Part shown: positions 17,311-26,857 of the stretch, one piece after another
Numbering within the stretch: the first letter of the stretch is position 1
Layout: every line of letters begins with the position of its first letter
Notes under the pieces: model-generated
Seen by the model: only the letters and a program-made list of their open reading frames with translations
Told to the model about the DNA's origin: nothing
Database searches by the model: none
Translations under genes and position numbers: made by a program
Origin: Candidatus Hodarchaeota archaeon
GTDB lineage: Archaea > Asgardarchaeota > Heimdallarchaeia > Hodarchaeales > Hodarchaeaceae
DNA: 26,929 bases
Direction: 5' to 3'
Assembly (NCBI GenBank): GCA_016839785.1
Contig: JAEOTQ010000204.1
Location: 1 to 26,929 of the forward strand

Positions 17311-18306
17311 CTATCTTGCGGCCGTAATTTCTACAATATCTTCATCAGTTAAGTGATGATCTAATCCTACTCGTTGACCTGGAAATTCAACAGAAGACCC
17401 CCATATTTTTGCATAACGAAAGTATTTAACTAAATCATTGTGAATTTTACTCGTCAAATCATAAACTGTGGATCCACTAGCAATTATAAATGGAGTTTTT
17501 ACTGGTTCTTTTCTCGGGGGCTTTGTATAAACTCGAATAACTTCTAGGAGGTCATATATATGCTTTTTAAGTTTGTTTAATGATTCTGAATTGTTAATAG
17601 CGATTGGTAATATTGGAATTTGTGTTTTAGCCCTCAGAATTTCATAATTCTGTTTAGAATTAGGTAGATCACCCTTTGTAGCTATAATTCCGAGATTATA
17701 AACAACTGAATCATTTTCCGATTCGAGTAATTTTGAATTAACTAACTGAGTAATCAAGAATTGGTATTGCCTTTCAATGTCCATTGATAGATCTATGACT
17801 AATAGGATAGAGTCACTAGTTCTTGCTACTCTGACTATCTGTTTACTGATATTCCAGTCTTCTTTGAAATCCAAGAATCCAGGTAAGTCAATTATTTGTA
17901 TTTTAACTCCTTGAAATTCCAATGTCCCAGCGAGGGCTTCCCGAGTTGTATGAAGATAGCTTCCTGTTTTTACATTCGTATTTGTTATGGCATTCATCAA
18001 GGTACTCTTACCAACATTGGATAATCCAAATAACACAACTCGCCCATCTCCAGATCGCGGGATAAGGAAGGGATCATATTGTCTATTACTCCCTTTCTTT
18101 GGTTTTGCTTTCGTATCTGATATATAACTCTGTAATTGTTTTATGTAAAGCTTAAATAATCCATTTTTATCCAATTTTTTCTCTGTAATGTCTTGAATTG
18201 TATCTTCTAAGACTTTAATTAGCTCATCGCCTTCTAAATTTCGAATTTTTCTTACGACACTAAATTTGTACCATTTAAACTTAGTATTCCAGTTCATTTT
18301 TCTCAA
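17311..18306 (-). CDS. OBG-family DRG-like GTPase with C-terminal TGS domain
   Basis: G1 GLSNVGKST, G2 YLHTT, G3 DLPG, G4 TKGD. TGS domain IRVYTK...KIH..FRYAKIWG.SV.FPGQRVGLDH.L.DEDIVEI. Start is TTG 18306 or ATG 18297. Confidence 0.85.
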   Translation of the reverse strand: MRKMNWNTKFKWYKFSVVRKIRNLEGDELIKVLEDTIQDITEKKLDKNGLFKLYIKQLQSYISDTKAKPKKGSNRQYDPFLIPRSGDGRVVLFGLSNVGKSTLMNAITNTNVKTGSYLHTTREALAGTLEFQGVKIQIIDLPGFLDFKEDWNISKQIVRVARTSDSILLVIDLSMDIERQYQFLITQLVNSKLLESENDSVVYNLGIIATKGDLPNSKQNYEILRAKTQIPILPIAINNSESLNKLKKHIYDLLEVIRVYTKPPRKEPVKTPFIIASGSTVYDLTSKIHNDLVKYFRYAKIWGSSVEFPGQRVGLDHHLTDEDIVEITAAR

Positions 18307-18781
18307 TCCTTCTTATTTTGTCTTTTACATTAATATAATCTAGTTGAATACATGATTTGATCTAGAATGATTAGATAGACGTAGTCGAAGGCATTTAGAT
18401 TAGCTAAGTTCTAGTTGAATCCAGAACCTCTTAATTATTAATGAGTGGTATTTCTTGCTTGAATGAATTCTTCAAAAAGAATGAAATGACCAAAAAGAAC
18501 GATACTACTCACTCTAATTAATAATCAAGGAACCCTGAGCTGTTTATGACGTCAGAACTAAAAATCCTAGCTGTTTACGTTTTTTAAATGCCAGGGTATG
18601 TAATCCTACAATAGATCTAATCAAATTAGAGCGCGCTTCTCGACAGCGCACCTACTTACATCAAAAGGGAGAAGGTCATTTTCATACCAAGATGATGTGA
18701 CATTCAGAATTCAAATATTTTCCGATTAGGGTAAAATGGTTCTATCCCAAACTAGTCAATGAGAACTGAGATCGGATTCTG

Positions 18782-19780
18782 TTACTTTTCTTCTGGATAT
18801 TTTAAGCCCCATTGAGACCGTAACCTATCCATTGTCTTCATAATCTCTAAAGTTTCATCTAAGGGCAATACTTGGCTTTCAATTTGGTTTGTTCTCAAGC
18901 AATTTCCAGCTTCTATCGATTCAAACTGAAAACCAGTAGATTCATATGGGATCTGAATGATCTTTGTCTTCCGTTCATTCAAATGCAGAAAAATTTCCGT
19001 AGGGTGACTGAAATCTGGAATACGCATATATCCTTTGGTACCAATTATGAATGCATCATGTGGCATCACATATTTATTAGAGGAAGATATCATCGTAGTA
19101 GCTCCATTCTTATATGAAAAAAAATAATTTGCAAATACATCAACACCCGTTTCTCCCAAAATTACTCCACTCATTATTTTCTGAGGTGATTGTTTCATAA
19201 TCATACTCGAAAATGAGATTGGATAGACACCGACATCCAATAACGCCCCCCCTGCTAAATGTGGATTAAAAACTCTGTGATCATTCCCATAGGGAAGGTT
19301 TACGCAGAAATCACCTTTAAAATGCAGTATCTTACCAAGAATTCCTTCACTGTGAATCATATCTCTTAGTTTCGTAACACAAGGTAGATATCTTGTCCAC
19401 ATTCCATCCATCAAGAGAATTTTCTTCCTTCTTGATTTCTGAATAAGCTGTTCCGCTTGATGAGCATTTACTGTGAAGGGCTTTTCGCTCAGCACAGGTT
19501 TTCCATGTTCCAAACAGAGTGACATATTTTCAAAATGGAAATTATGTGTAGTAGCTACATAGACAATATCTACATCAGGATCATTTACTATCTGTTCATA
19601 ATTATTAAAACGTTTTTTAACATTAAACTTACTTCCAAATGCTTCTGCTTTTCCAGATTTTGAGGCCACTGACTCTAATTTTGCATCGGGAAGTTGATTT
19701 AATCCTTCTGCAAAAGCATGCGCAATGTGTCCACAACCTAGGACCCCCCATCGAATTTCATCTGTATCAGTAATAATCAA
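18782..19780 (-). CDS. Gfo/Idh/MocA family oxidoreductase (dihydrodiol/D-xylose dehydrogenase-like)
   Basis: IRWGVLGCG.IA, DIVYVAT, EKP and GGALLDVGVY. The true start is near TTG/GTG 19780-19786; the track's 83-aa extension overlaps the upstream gene and its terminator. Confidence 0.88.
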   Translation of the reverse strand: MIITDTDEIRWGVLGCGHIAHAFAEGLNQLPDAKLESVASKSGKAEAFGSKFNVKKRFNNYEQIVNDPDVDIVYVATTHNFHFENMSLCLEHGKPVLSEKPFTVNAHQAEQLIQKSRRKKILLMDGMWTRYLPCVTKLRDMIHSEGILGKILHFKGDFCVNLPYGNDHRVFNPHLAGGALLDVGVYPISFSSMIMKQSPQKIMSGVILGETGVDVFANYFFSYKNGATTMISSSNKYVMPHDAFIIGTKGYMRIPDFSHPTEIFLHLNERKTKIIQIPYESTGFQFESIEAGNCLRTNQIESQVLPLDETLEIMKTMDRLRSQWGLKYPEEK

Positions 19781-19905
19781 CACCAATATATGGTATAAAA
19801 GTAGGGATTTTATGTATAGAACTTTCGAATAATAGTAATATCTTCGGTGGATAGTTTCGTCAAATTTGTATTTTACGACAATAGATCCCATACTAGTCCA
19901 AAGTA

Positions 19906-19940
19906 GGAAGAAGGAGAAAAAAAAGAGAAAAGGGAAGAAA
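19906..19940 (-). terminator. Pyrimidine-rich terminator after the membrane protein gene
   Basis: The minus strand reads a T/C-only tract including T8, shortly after stop 19957. Confidence 0.5.
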
Positions 19941-19956
19941 TTATTCTTAGATTGTT

Positions 19957-20850
19957 TTATTTCTGTCCCCGTAAGTTCCACCAGTTGGATATCTTGGGTT
20001 TCAGGAGGTAAAATAATCCTAACCAAGCTAATATTGCTAAAATTGGGAAAATGAATAGTCCTTCAGTTTGGAGATTTGGATCTCTATTTAACAACATTAC
20101 AAGTGCCATACAAAGAACAGCAGTTGATAGAGTAACGAAAAAGCCATAGAAGGCCAACATTACGGAATAGGCTTTCTTAGGTCTAGTAATCAATAGATAT
20201 AATCCCACGAATCCTAAGGGAATAGTAATTCCCAGATCGAAATAACGAATAACCCAAAATACGTTTGGGGATTCTTGATATGATCCTGTTGAGGTATCAC
20301 CTGTTGAAACTACTTCTATTATCTCCTGAAGCCACATAGAGACAAAAAATAGTAAAAAAACAGTCATCAATATCGCATATATCCTCAAATTTCTTGTATT
20401 AAACTCAGGTGCATCATCCTCGGTGAACATTGATAAACTACCTATAAAAAGTATTAATCCACCAATTATCAATGAGAGAAAGAGCCAAAAATATTGCTCA
20501 GTATTTCCAGAGTATGATGGATGATTCCATTCTTGTCCTATCCCATAAGCGAGGCCTGTATAGAGGCACACATATATTCCTACAAGTATGAGGAAATATT
20601 TTGCCTCAGCTCTCCTTCTAAGATGCAAAATTCCTCCTATAAGGCACAGAGGAGCAAGTAAAATAAGATTTACGAGATCTTGCCCTTGAGTTTGGGAAAT
20701 AGCAGAAGGAGAAGTTTTATGTTTGAGTATCTCTAGTCCTAGTGGGCCTAGAAGTGTTAAAAGTATTAATAATACCGCTATAATCAGTGCAGTTGTACTT
20801 AATACCATTCTTTCAAAAAGTTCGTGTTTCGTTTCGATTTCCATTTTCAT
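19957..20850 (-). CDS. Polytopic membrane protein of unknown function (about 8 TM)
   Basis: Multiple hydrophobic helices, GQD and DLG motifs. ATGA overlap with the upstream small ORF. Confidence 0.75.
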   Translation of the reverse strand: MKMEIETKHELFERMVLSTTALIIAVLLILLTLLGPLGLEILKHKTSPSAISQTQGQDLVNLILLAPLCLIGGILHLRRRAEAKYFLILVGIYVCLYTGLAYGIGQEWNHPSYSGNTEQYFWLFLSLIIGGLILFIGSLSMFTEDDAPEFNTRNLRIYAILMTVFLLFFVSMWLQEIIEVVSTGDTSTGSYQESPNVFWVIRYFDLGITIPLGFVGLYLLITRPKKAYSVMLAFYGFFVTLSTAVLCMALVMLLNRDPNLQTEGLFIFPILAILAWLGLFYLLKPKISNWWNLRGQK

Positions 20851-21074
20851 TCCACATTTTTCATGTTTTTTACATTAGTGAGATCAATATCCAGCCGTAA
20901 TTCACCTGTTTCGAAGTTTAACACAAGAACGGATTCTGAAACTAATTTTATTTCTTCAATCTCTCCCATTACTGCAACCAATGAAAATTCAGTTGAGGTA
21001 AGTTTATCACAATGAATAGTTTGAAGTGCGTCTTGATCGCTAAGGGTTAGAACCAGTTTCTGAATATTGCCCAT
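20847..21074 (-). CDS. Small conserved-looking archaeal hypothetical protein (75 aa, beta-rich)
   Basis: Translationally coupled to the membrane protein gene. TATA-like TTAATAT lies about 25 nt upstream. The G.IEEI.LV...VL.L....G.LRLD pattern resembles small proteins I recall from other archaea (unverified). Confidence 0.65.
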   Translation of the reverse strand: MGNIQKLVLTLSDQDALQTIHCDKLTSTEFSLVAVMGEIEEIKLVSESVLVLNFETGELRLDIDLTNVKNMKNVE

Positions 21075-21103
21075 TTTATCTCTAATTAAGTCTTGATATT
21101 AAG

Positions 21104-21124
21104 GTCAGATAAGCTCTTTCTGAC
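21104..21124. promoter_or_regulatory. GTCAGA-N9-TCTGAC inverted repeat abutting the TATA box of the 21074 operon
   Basis: Perfect 6-bp arms directly upstream (on the minus strand) of CTTAATAT. Confidence 0.4.
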
Positions 21125-21167
21125 TGAATTCCTAACAATTTCGATCCATCCGAAAAAATTGGGCCGA

Positions 21168-21914
21168 TCAAAAAAAAGTAGGTAAATCTGTAATTATATC
21201 TCCTTTCTCCCAATAATAATTCCAGATTCTCAGAATGAATTCCATACCTAATTTATCCTCTTGGCTCACGTAGAATCCCTCACTAAAGTCGGGATTTCCA
21301 TGATTGTCTGGAAAAAAGAGCATCCCCACATCTCCATCGGCAATTAACAGTGCGGTAGATATTCGTGGTAATACTCGAGCAATTGTACTCCGATTGACGT
21401 TTTTGATATTCGGCCGATACTTAGCCATTTCTGGAGGGACTATATAACGTGTATTCATCATCTCTTTACCAAATGGGAACGCTTGATCAGTCATAACCCA
21501 TACATCTTCTTTTAAGGATTCTGTAATTTCCTGTAGCTTTAACATGACATTTCCTGTCCCTTTTATTAATTGACTGTCTGATAGCTGATCTATATCTCGT
21601 ATAACGGATGTAGGCAGATTTAATAAGTCATGTTCTTGAAAATATTCTGCATGGTGAAAGATAAAATCAAGAGGAGCAAAAATAGTAACCATAAGCTCTC
21701 CAAATGTTGTTAATTTTAACTTTTTTGAGCCTATTTCCTTTTCTACAAGTTTTTGCTCGATTAATCTATTTAAATGACGTGAAACTTCCGAATTCGAGAT
21801 ATCCAATTTCTTTGAGACATCTGTAAATGATAAAGGGGAGAAATTAAGCTGTTGCAAGATTTCAATTCGAATTGGATTAGCAAATTCCATAAGCAGATGT
21901 TTTTTTGATTCCAT
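21168..21914 (-). CDS. ArsR-type winged-HTH regulator with a DUF1724/FilR1-like C-terminal domain
   Basis: ANPIRIEILQQL...SFTDVSKKLDISNSEVSRHLNRL...LTTFG, then YFQEHDL..LP and FFPD..G.PDF...IWNYYWEK. ATG 21914 is preferred. Confidence 0.8.
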   Translation of the reverse strand: MESKKHLLMEFANPIRIEILQQLNFSPLSFTDVSKKLDISNSEVSRHLNRLIEQKLVEKEIGSKKLKLTTFGELMVTIFAPLDFIFHHAEYFQEHDLLNLPTSVIRDIDQLSDSQLIKGTGNVMLKLQEITESLKEDVWVMTDQAFPFGKEMMNTRYIVPPEMAKYRPNIKNVNRSTIARVLPRISTALLIADGDVGMLFFPDNHGNPDFSEGFYVSQEDKLGMEFILRIWNYYWEKGDIITDLPTFF

Positions 21915-22410
21915 TCCATTCAGGCCAAGTTGTTTTTCTTTAATATTAAGAAGTTTGCAGGTTTTCAAAATTCCCAAACTAAGTGCATTTGGAAATCATT
22001 ATTTCTTAAATAGGGACACAGGAGCAATCTAATGCTTTGAATCCAAATAAATAAAGATCGGATACCAATTCTACAGAATTTTCTCAAGATACAAACCATC
22101 CTGTTATTTCTCTTCTCCCTTCTCAACAATCAGTCTATCCCAAGGATGGAACCATACGTCTCGAAGGTTACCCAGTGAAGATCACTAAATGTACTCTAGG
22201 TTTCAAAGTCTGAATAACCATCGAAAATTTTTATTTCCTTTGTTCAAGCCTGTTTAACCCGAAAAACAAGTAGACTGAACACCCAAAAAAACCCTGAATG
22301 TTGAAAGACGAAGAATTCAAAAAAGATCAGAATTTCTAAAAGGAATACTGTTACTTAATCGAATTATGTGAAGATTGAATTCAAATTTAATATATAAAGC
22401 AGGTGTTGTT

Positions 22411-23784
22411 ATGTCTGTCACTGAAAGTGTCTCTCAAAGAGTAATGTTATCATATGGAGTGGGAAAGTTCCTAGCTGAATTTTTCGGGCAAGCTTTTCTT
22501 GTAATAGGTTTTTTTTATTACGAAACTGTTGTTCAACTCGACCTTGGATTAACTGCATTAGCGTTTATCCTATATTCTTTATGGAATGCCGTGAATGACC
22601 CTCTTATCGGCTACTTCACAGAGAAAAAGCAAACTAGATTTACGCAGAAATATGGTAGGCGATTCCCATGGATTTTAAGCGGTTCACTCCTATATGCAGT
22701 TTCGTTCATTTTAATATTTGCTATTCCAGAGACCTTAACTGACCAAATTGTTATTTTTCTCTGGCTACTCATCTCTATTTGTTTGTTTGATTTTCTATTT
22801 AGCTTATGGGATGTATCTTATCAGAGTCTTTTCCCAGATAAATTTCGTACTGAGGAATTAAGGAATCGAACAGCTGGTTATGGAGCAGGTATTGGTGTTT
22901 TTGGGATTGCCTTTGGGTTTATCTTAGCTGGTTCACTGACAGACTCAAATGTATACTCAAGCTATATCACTGCAGCTTTTATATTCGCATTTATTGGAAT
23001 TATTGCAGTATTATTGATGGTGTTAGGTGTTAAAGAAACTCCTGATATGATTGAACGCTATTTACAGGATAGACAGATGAAACAAGAAGATTCTTTTATT
23101 AAAGAGTTGATAAGTGCTTTAAGAACACGAAATTTCTTTGCATGGATAATTCTCTATCTATTTTATCAATCAGCGGTAGTTTCATTGGTTTCATCAATCG
23201 AATATATTGGAGATTATATTTTACCTCCTGATACTTCGACTCTGTTAATTTTCGTAGGTTATTTACTTGGTGCACTGCTTACAATTCCAATGTGGTTGAG
23301 ATTCGCAAAAAGAGTTCAAAGTAATCAAAGGATGCTTATGATTACTGCTTGTGTAATGGTAGTAGCTTTACTTCCAATGACTTTTGCTTCTTCGCTGATA
23401 GAATTCTCCAGTTTAGCAGCTGTTATGGGTATTGGCTTTGGAGGATACTGGATGTTGATGAATCCCGCTTTGGCGGATGTTATAGATGAAATAGTTGTAA
23501 AAACAGGTAAAAGAAATGATGGAATTTATATGGGATTCAGAGCATTCTTTGGAAGGCTGGCTATTGCAATCCAAGCCCTTATTTTCTTGTTTGTTCACGA
23601 ATTAACTGGTTTTGTCCCAAGGGTTGAGCAGACTGAAAGCGCAAAGTTAGGAATCAATCTTCATACTGCAACGATTCCAGCGATCATCCTAATTTGTGGT
23701 GTAATAATTTTTTGGTTCCTAAATACCCTTACATCAGAAGAAGTCGCATCTAATAAGATCAAGTTGAAGGAATTGAATTTATAG
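22411..23784 (+). CDS. MFS glycoside-pentoside-hexuronide (GPH/MelB-like) transporter
   Basis: WNAVNDPLIG, GRRFPW, ADVIDE...GKRNDGIY and about 12 TM. ATG 22411 follows AGGTG, with an AT-rich TATA-like tract at 22386-22397. Confidence 0.9.
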   Translation: MSVTESVSQRVMLSYGVGKFLAEFFGQAFLVIGFFYYETVVQLDLGLTALAFILYSLWNAVNDPLIGYFTEKKQTRFTQKYGRRFPWILSGSLLYAVSFILIFAIPETLTDQIVIFLWLLISICLFDFLFSLWDVSYQSLFPDKFRTEELRNRTAGYGAGIGVFGIAFGFILAGSLTDSNVYSSYITAAFIFAFIGIIAVLLMVLGVKETPDMIERYLQDRQMKQEDSFIKELISALRTRNFFAWIILYLFYQSAVVSLVSSIEYIGDYILPPDTSTLLIFVGYLLGALLTIPMWLRFAKRVQSNQRMLMITACVMVVALLPMTFASSLIEFSSLAAVMGIGFGGYWMLMNPALADVIDEIVVKTGKRNDGIYMGFRAFFGRLAIAIQALIFLFVHELTGFVPRVEQTESAKLGINLHTATIPAIILICGVIIFWFLNTLTSEEVASNKIKLKELNL

Positions 23785-23797
23785 CAGTTCAGTTCAA

Positions 23798-23858
23798 CTT
23801 TTTTTCTTTTTCTTCCTTTTAATTCTCCACAAAAAAAATCGCTACAACAGTTTTTTGT
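23798..23858. terminator. Bidirectional terminator region between the transporter and hisS
   Basis: T-rich tract on the plus strand, an A-run (T-run on the minus strand) and an acaaaaaa/ttttttgt inverted repeat. Confidence 0.5.
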
Positions 23859-23875
23859 TTACCAATGTTTAAAAT

Positions 23876-25192
23876 TTACTTCTTCATTAGTTTAGTTAGG
23901 TGAGAATATATTTTATCCAGTTTCACTGTTTCTTCTGTTCCCTTGCGCATATCTTTCAGCGTTACTGTGTTTTGGGCTAGATCTCGTTTTCCTGCTATTA
24001 TGACAAAAGGAATCTGTAAACGATTAGCATATTCAAGATTTCTCGAGATATTACGATTTAAAAGATCAACTTCCGATGGAATTCCTCTTTGACGTAACTG
24101 TGTGGTAATTTCTATACATACATTCAGAGTTTTTATTGGGATAAGATAGACCTGTGTTTTGCTCATGAGAGGAGTTTGACGTGCAGCTAGTGCATCGTAA
24201 ATTGTATCTAATCCGAAAGAAATTCCAACTGCTGGAATTGCTTGATCTGAATTAAGGAATTTTCCAATAATTTCATCATAACGGCCACCAGCGCATAAAG
24301 ATGAGTCAAGGACCTTCGGATCTTTCGCAAACGCTTCAAATACCGTTCCTGTATATATTTCTAATCCACGGGCAAGACTATACAACAGTTTGACATCATC
24401 TACTATCCCAAAAATTGTTAAATAATCGTAGAGCTCTCTTAATTCTAGAATTCCTTGTTTTCCTATAGTATTGTCAATCCTAGTTTCTAACTGATTCAAT
24501 ATTTCCAAATATTGACCTTCCAGACTGAAATAATCAAAGATGTTGTCTGTTAATTCTGAACTAACACCTTTCATTTCCAATTCTTCACGAACACCTTCTA
24601 TACCTATTTTCTTCATTTTATCAATTGAAAGTATCGCTGTGCTAAGTAATTCCGATGGGACTCCAGCAGCAATCAAAATGCCTGAAAGCAATTTTCTATT
24701 ATTAACCTCTAAATACACATCTAAACCCAATTTTGAAAAAACGCAGTGAGCTAATGCTAAACACTCAGCATCAGCAAGCATAGAGGTAACACCCACAGTA
24801 TCAGCGTCACATTGCACAAATTCACGGTATCGTCCTTTCTTAATAGGGCCATCACGAAAACAAGGGCCAATCTCATAGCGTTTGAAAGGTTTACTCAAAC
24901 GGGGATTCATTCCAATCAATCTAGCCAAAGGAACAGACAAATCATATCTTAAACCTAATTCTCGTTGACCTTGATCAGTTAATTTGTAAGTTTCCTTAAG
25001 GATTTCTTCCCCACCAGAATATTTTGAAGCTAGAATCTCCCAAAGTTCAAGGATTGGAGTTGTTGCCGGTTGGAATCCGTATAATTGGAAGGATTCTTTT
25101 AAAACATTAACAATTTCCTCACGTAACACCTGTTCCTCTGGAAGACGATCTCTAGTCCCCTTTAAAATAGCTAATTCTACCATTTGTTTCAT
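23876..25192 (-). CDS. hisS: Histidine--tRNA ligase
   Basis: KGTRD, LRYDLSVPLAR, GRYREFVQCDAD (motif 2), LARGLEIYTG, GGRYD, AVGISFG and an anticodon-binding domain. Start is 25195, 25192 or 25183. Confidence 0.96.
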   Translation of the reverse strand: MKQMVELAILKGTRDRLPEEQVLREEIVNVLKESFQLYGFQPATTPILELWEILASKYSGGEEILKETYKLTDQGQRELGLRYDLSVPLARLIGMNPRLSKPFKRYEIGPCFRDGPIKKGRYREFVQCDADTVGVTSMLADAECLALAHCVFSKLGLDVYLEVNNRKLLSGILIAAGVPSELLSTAILSIDKMKKIGIEGVREELEMKGVSSELTDNIFDYFSLEGQYLEILNQLETRIDNTIGKQGILELRELYDYLTIFGIVDDVKLLYSLARGLEIYTGTVFEAFAKDPKVLDSSLCAGGRYDEIIGKFLNSDQAIPAVGISFGLDTIYDALAARQTPLMSKTQVYLIPIKTLNVCIEITTQLRQRGIPSEVDLLNRNISRNLEYANRLQIPFVIIAGKRDLAQNTVTLKDMRKGTEETVKLDKIYSHLTKLMKK

Positions 25193-25195
25193 CAC

Positions 25196-26647
25196 TTAGT
25201 TGTTTTTCCGCTTATAGACGTTAAAGTATTGCTCTGCTGATTTTACCCATGAAAAGTCTTGATTCATACCTCGTTGCATCAATTTTACCCAGTCAGCTTT
25301 TGATTGAAAAGTATTCAGAGCGGTCAATACTGCTTTTTTGAATGAAGCAGGCTTAAATTGATCAAAAATAAATCCAGTTCCTTCAGCTGGATTAGTTTGG
25401 TAATCAATCACACTATCAGCAAGTCCGCCAGTGTTATGAACTATTGGAACAGACCCATACTTTAAACTATACTTATCATTGAGGCCACATGGCTCGTAGC
25501 GGGAAGGCATTAAGAACACATCTATCCCAGCCTCAATTTGATGGGCTAAAGCTTGACTAAAACCTATTTCAACCCCCACTTGCTCTGAATATTTCTTGTT
25601 TAAAGCTAAAAAGTCATATTCAAGCTTTGCGTCTCCAGTACCTAGTAAAACAAATTGAATTTTCCCAGTTGATAAAAGATCTGGAAGAACAGATAATACT
25701 AAATCCATCCCCTTTTGCCAAGCTAACCGTGAAACAACGCCAGCAAGTAATATGTCAGATGTAACTGGGAGATTATAATACTCTTGTAGGAATTTCTTAC
25801 AAATCTGTTTTCCCTTTAAATCATCCGATGAATAATTTGCAGGTAAATGAGGTGATTGGGCAGGATTCCATATTGAATAATCCACACCATTTAGAATCCC
25901 TGTTAAATTTTTTTTACGTGAGGTTAGAATTTCATGTAATCCTACACCTAGCTCTTCTGTTTGTATTTCACGTGCATATGTAGGGCTAACTGTCGTCAAC
26001 TCGTCGGCAAATAGAAGACCAGCTTTCATCAGATTAATTTTTCCCCATGATTCAAGGTAATTCGGACTTAGGTACTTACTGGGGATCTGAAGAATCGGAA
26101 ATTTAGACTTAGGAAATTTTCCTTGATAAGCAAGATTATGAATCGTGTAAATTGAAAAAGGACGATTTCTAGTCTTGAAAAAATTTGACAGTTTTGTATA
26201 TAATGGAATTAAAGCTGTTTGCCAATCATGGCAATGGAAAATATCATAATTTTGAGTGGAAGACAACTGCTCAATGGTTTTAAGGGCCCCTTTACAGAAA
26301 AAGACAAATCTCTCCAGGTTATCAGGATAATCCTTTCCCTGACGAACATATACGTCAGAGCGTTTCCGAAATAAATGATAGTTATCAATGAGATAAATAG
26401 AAACTCCTCTATCATCTACCTTAAAGACTCGGCATTTACGAAGCTTAGAGCCGATTTTCAGACTGAACTCCAAGTTTGTTTGTGAAATTTGAAAGTTGCT
26501 TCTTTTTATTTGACGATAATACGGTATAAAGACGTCTACATTTTCTATATATTGGATTAGTTCTTTAGGAAGCGAGCCAATGACATCAGCTAGACCTCCT
26601 GTTTTTATATATGGATCCATCTCGCTGGCAAATATTGCTACACGCAT
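25196..26647 (-). CDS. glgA: Glycogen synthase (GT5, ADP-glucose type)
   Basis: KTGGLADV, HCHDWQT, TIHNLAYQG, TVSPTYAREI, GILNGVD, SRLAWQKG, MPSRYEPCGL and TGGLAD. Confidence 0.95.
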   Translation of the reverse strand: MRVAIFASEMDPYIKTGGLADVIGSLPKELIQYIENVDVFIPYYRQIKRSNFQISQTNLEFSLKIGSKLRKCRVFKVDDRGVSIYLIDNYHLFRKRSDVYVRQGKDYPDNLERFVFFCKGALKTIEQLSSTQNYDIFHCHDWQTALIPLYTKLSNFFKTRNRPFSIYTIHNLAYQGKFPKSKFPILQIPSKYLSPNYLESWGKINLMKAGLLFADELTTVSPTYAREIQTEELGVGLHEILTSRKKNLTGILNGVDYSIWNPAQSPHLPANYSSDDLKGKQICKKFLQEYYNLPVTSDILLAGVVSRLAWQKGMDLVLSVLPDLLSTGKIQFVLLGTGDAKLEYDFLALNKKYSEQVGVEIGFSQALAHQIEAGIDVFLMPSRYEPCGLNDKYSLKYGSVPIVHNTGGLADSVIDYQTNPAEGTGFIFDQFKPASFKKAVLTALNTFQSKADWVKLMQRGMNQDFSWVKSAEQYFNVYKRKNN

Positions 26648-26857
26648 GACTCTTTATCCCACTTTTATTCGTGATTCTTTCCAATATTTATTAGAAAAAC
26701 TAGTCATTCTTTAAAATTAGTATTGTCTTCTCTCAGGAAATTGAGTGGATTAGAAAATTAACTTTTTCGACACTAGTAGTTCTGGAAGTTTTATATCAAC
26801 GAAATTTTATCTATAATGTAGATAGTCCAATAGTCTCGCGTTATATGGTCGGATACT

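Noticed and set aside
19781-20026. 83-aa N-terminal extension of the oxidoreductase
   Set aside because: It overlaps the upstream gene, and its Phe-rich stretch is just the translated oligo-T terminator.
760-26415. Short (60-107 aa) alternative-frame and antisense ORFs in the track
   Set aside because: They lie within or opposite well-supported genes and show no recognisable motifs. Only 20847-21074 is retained.
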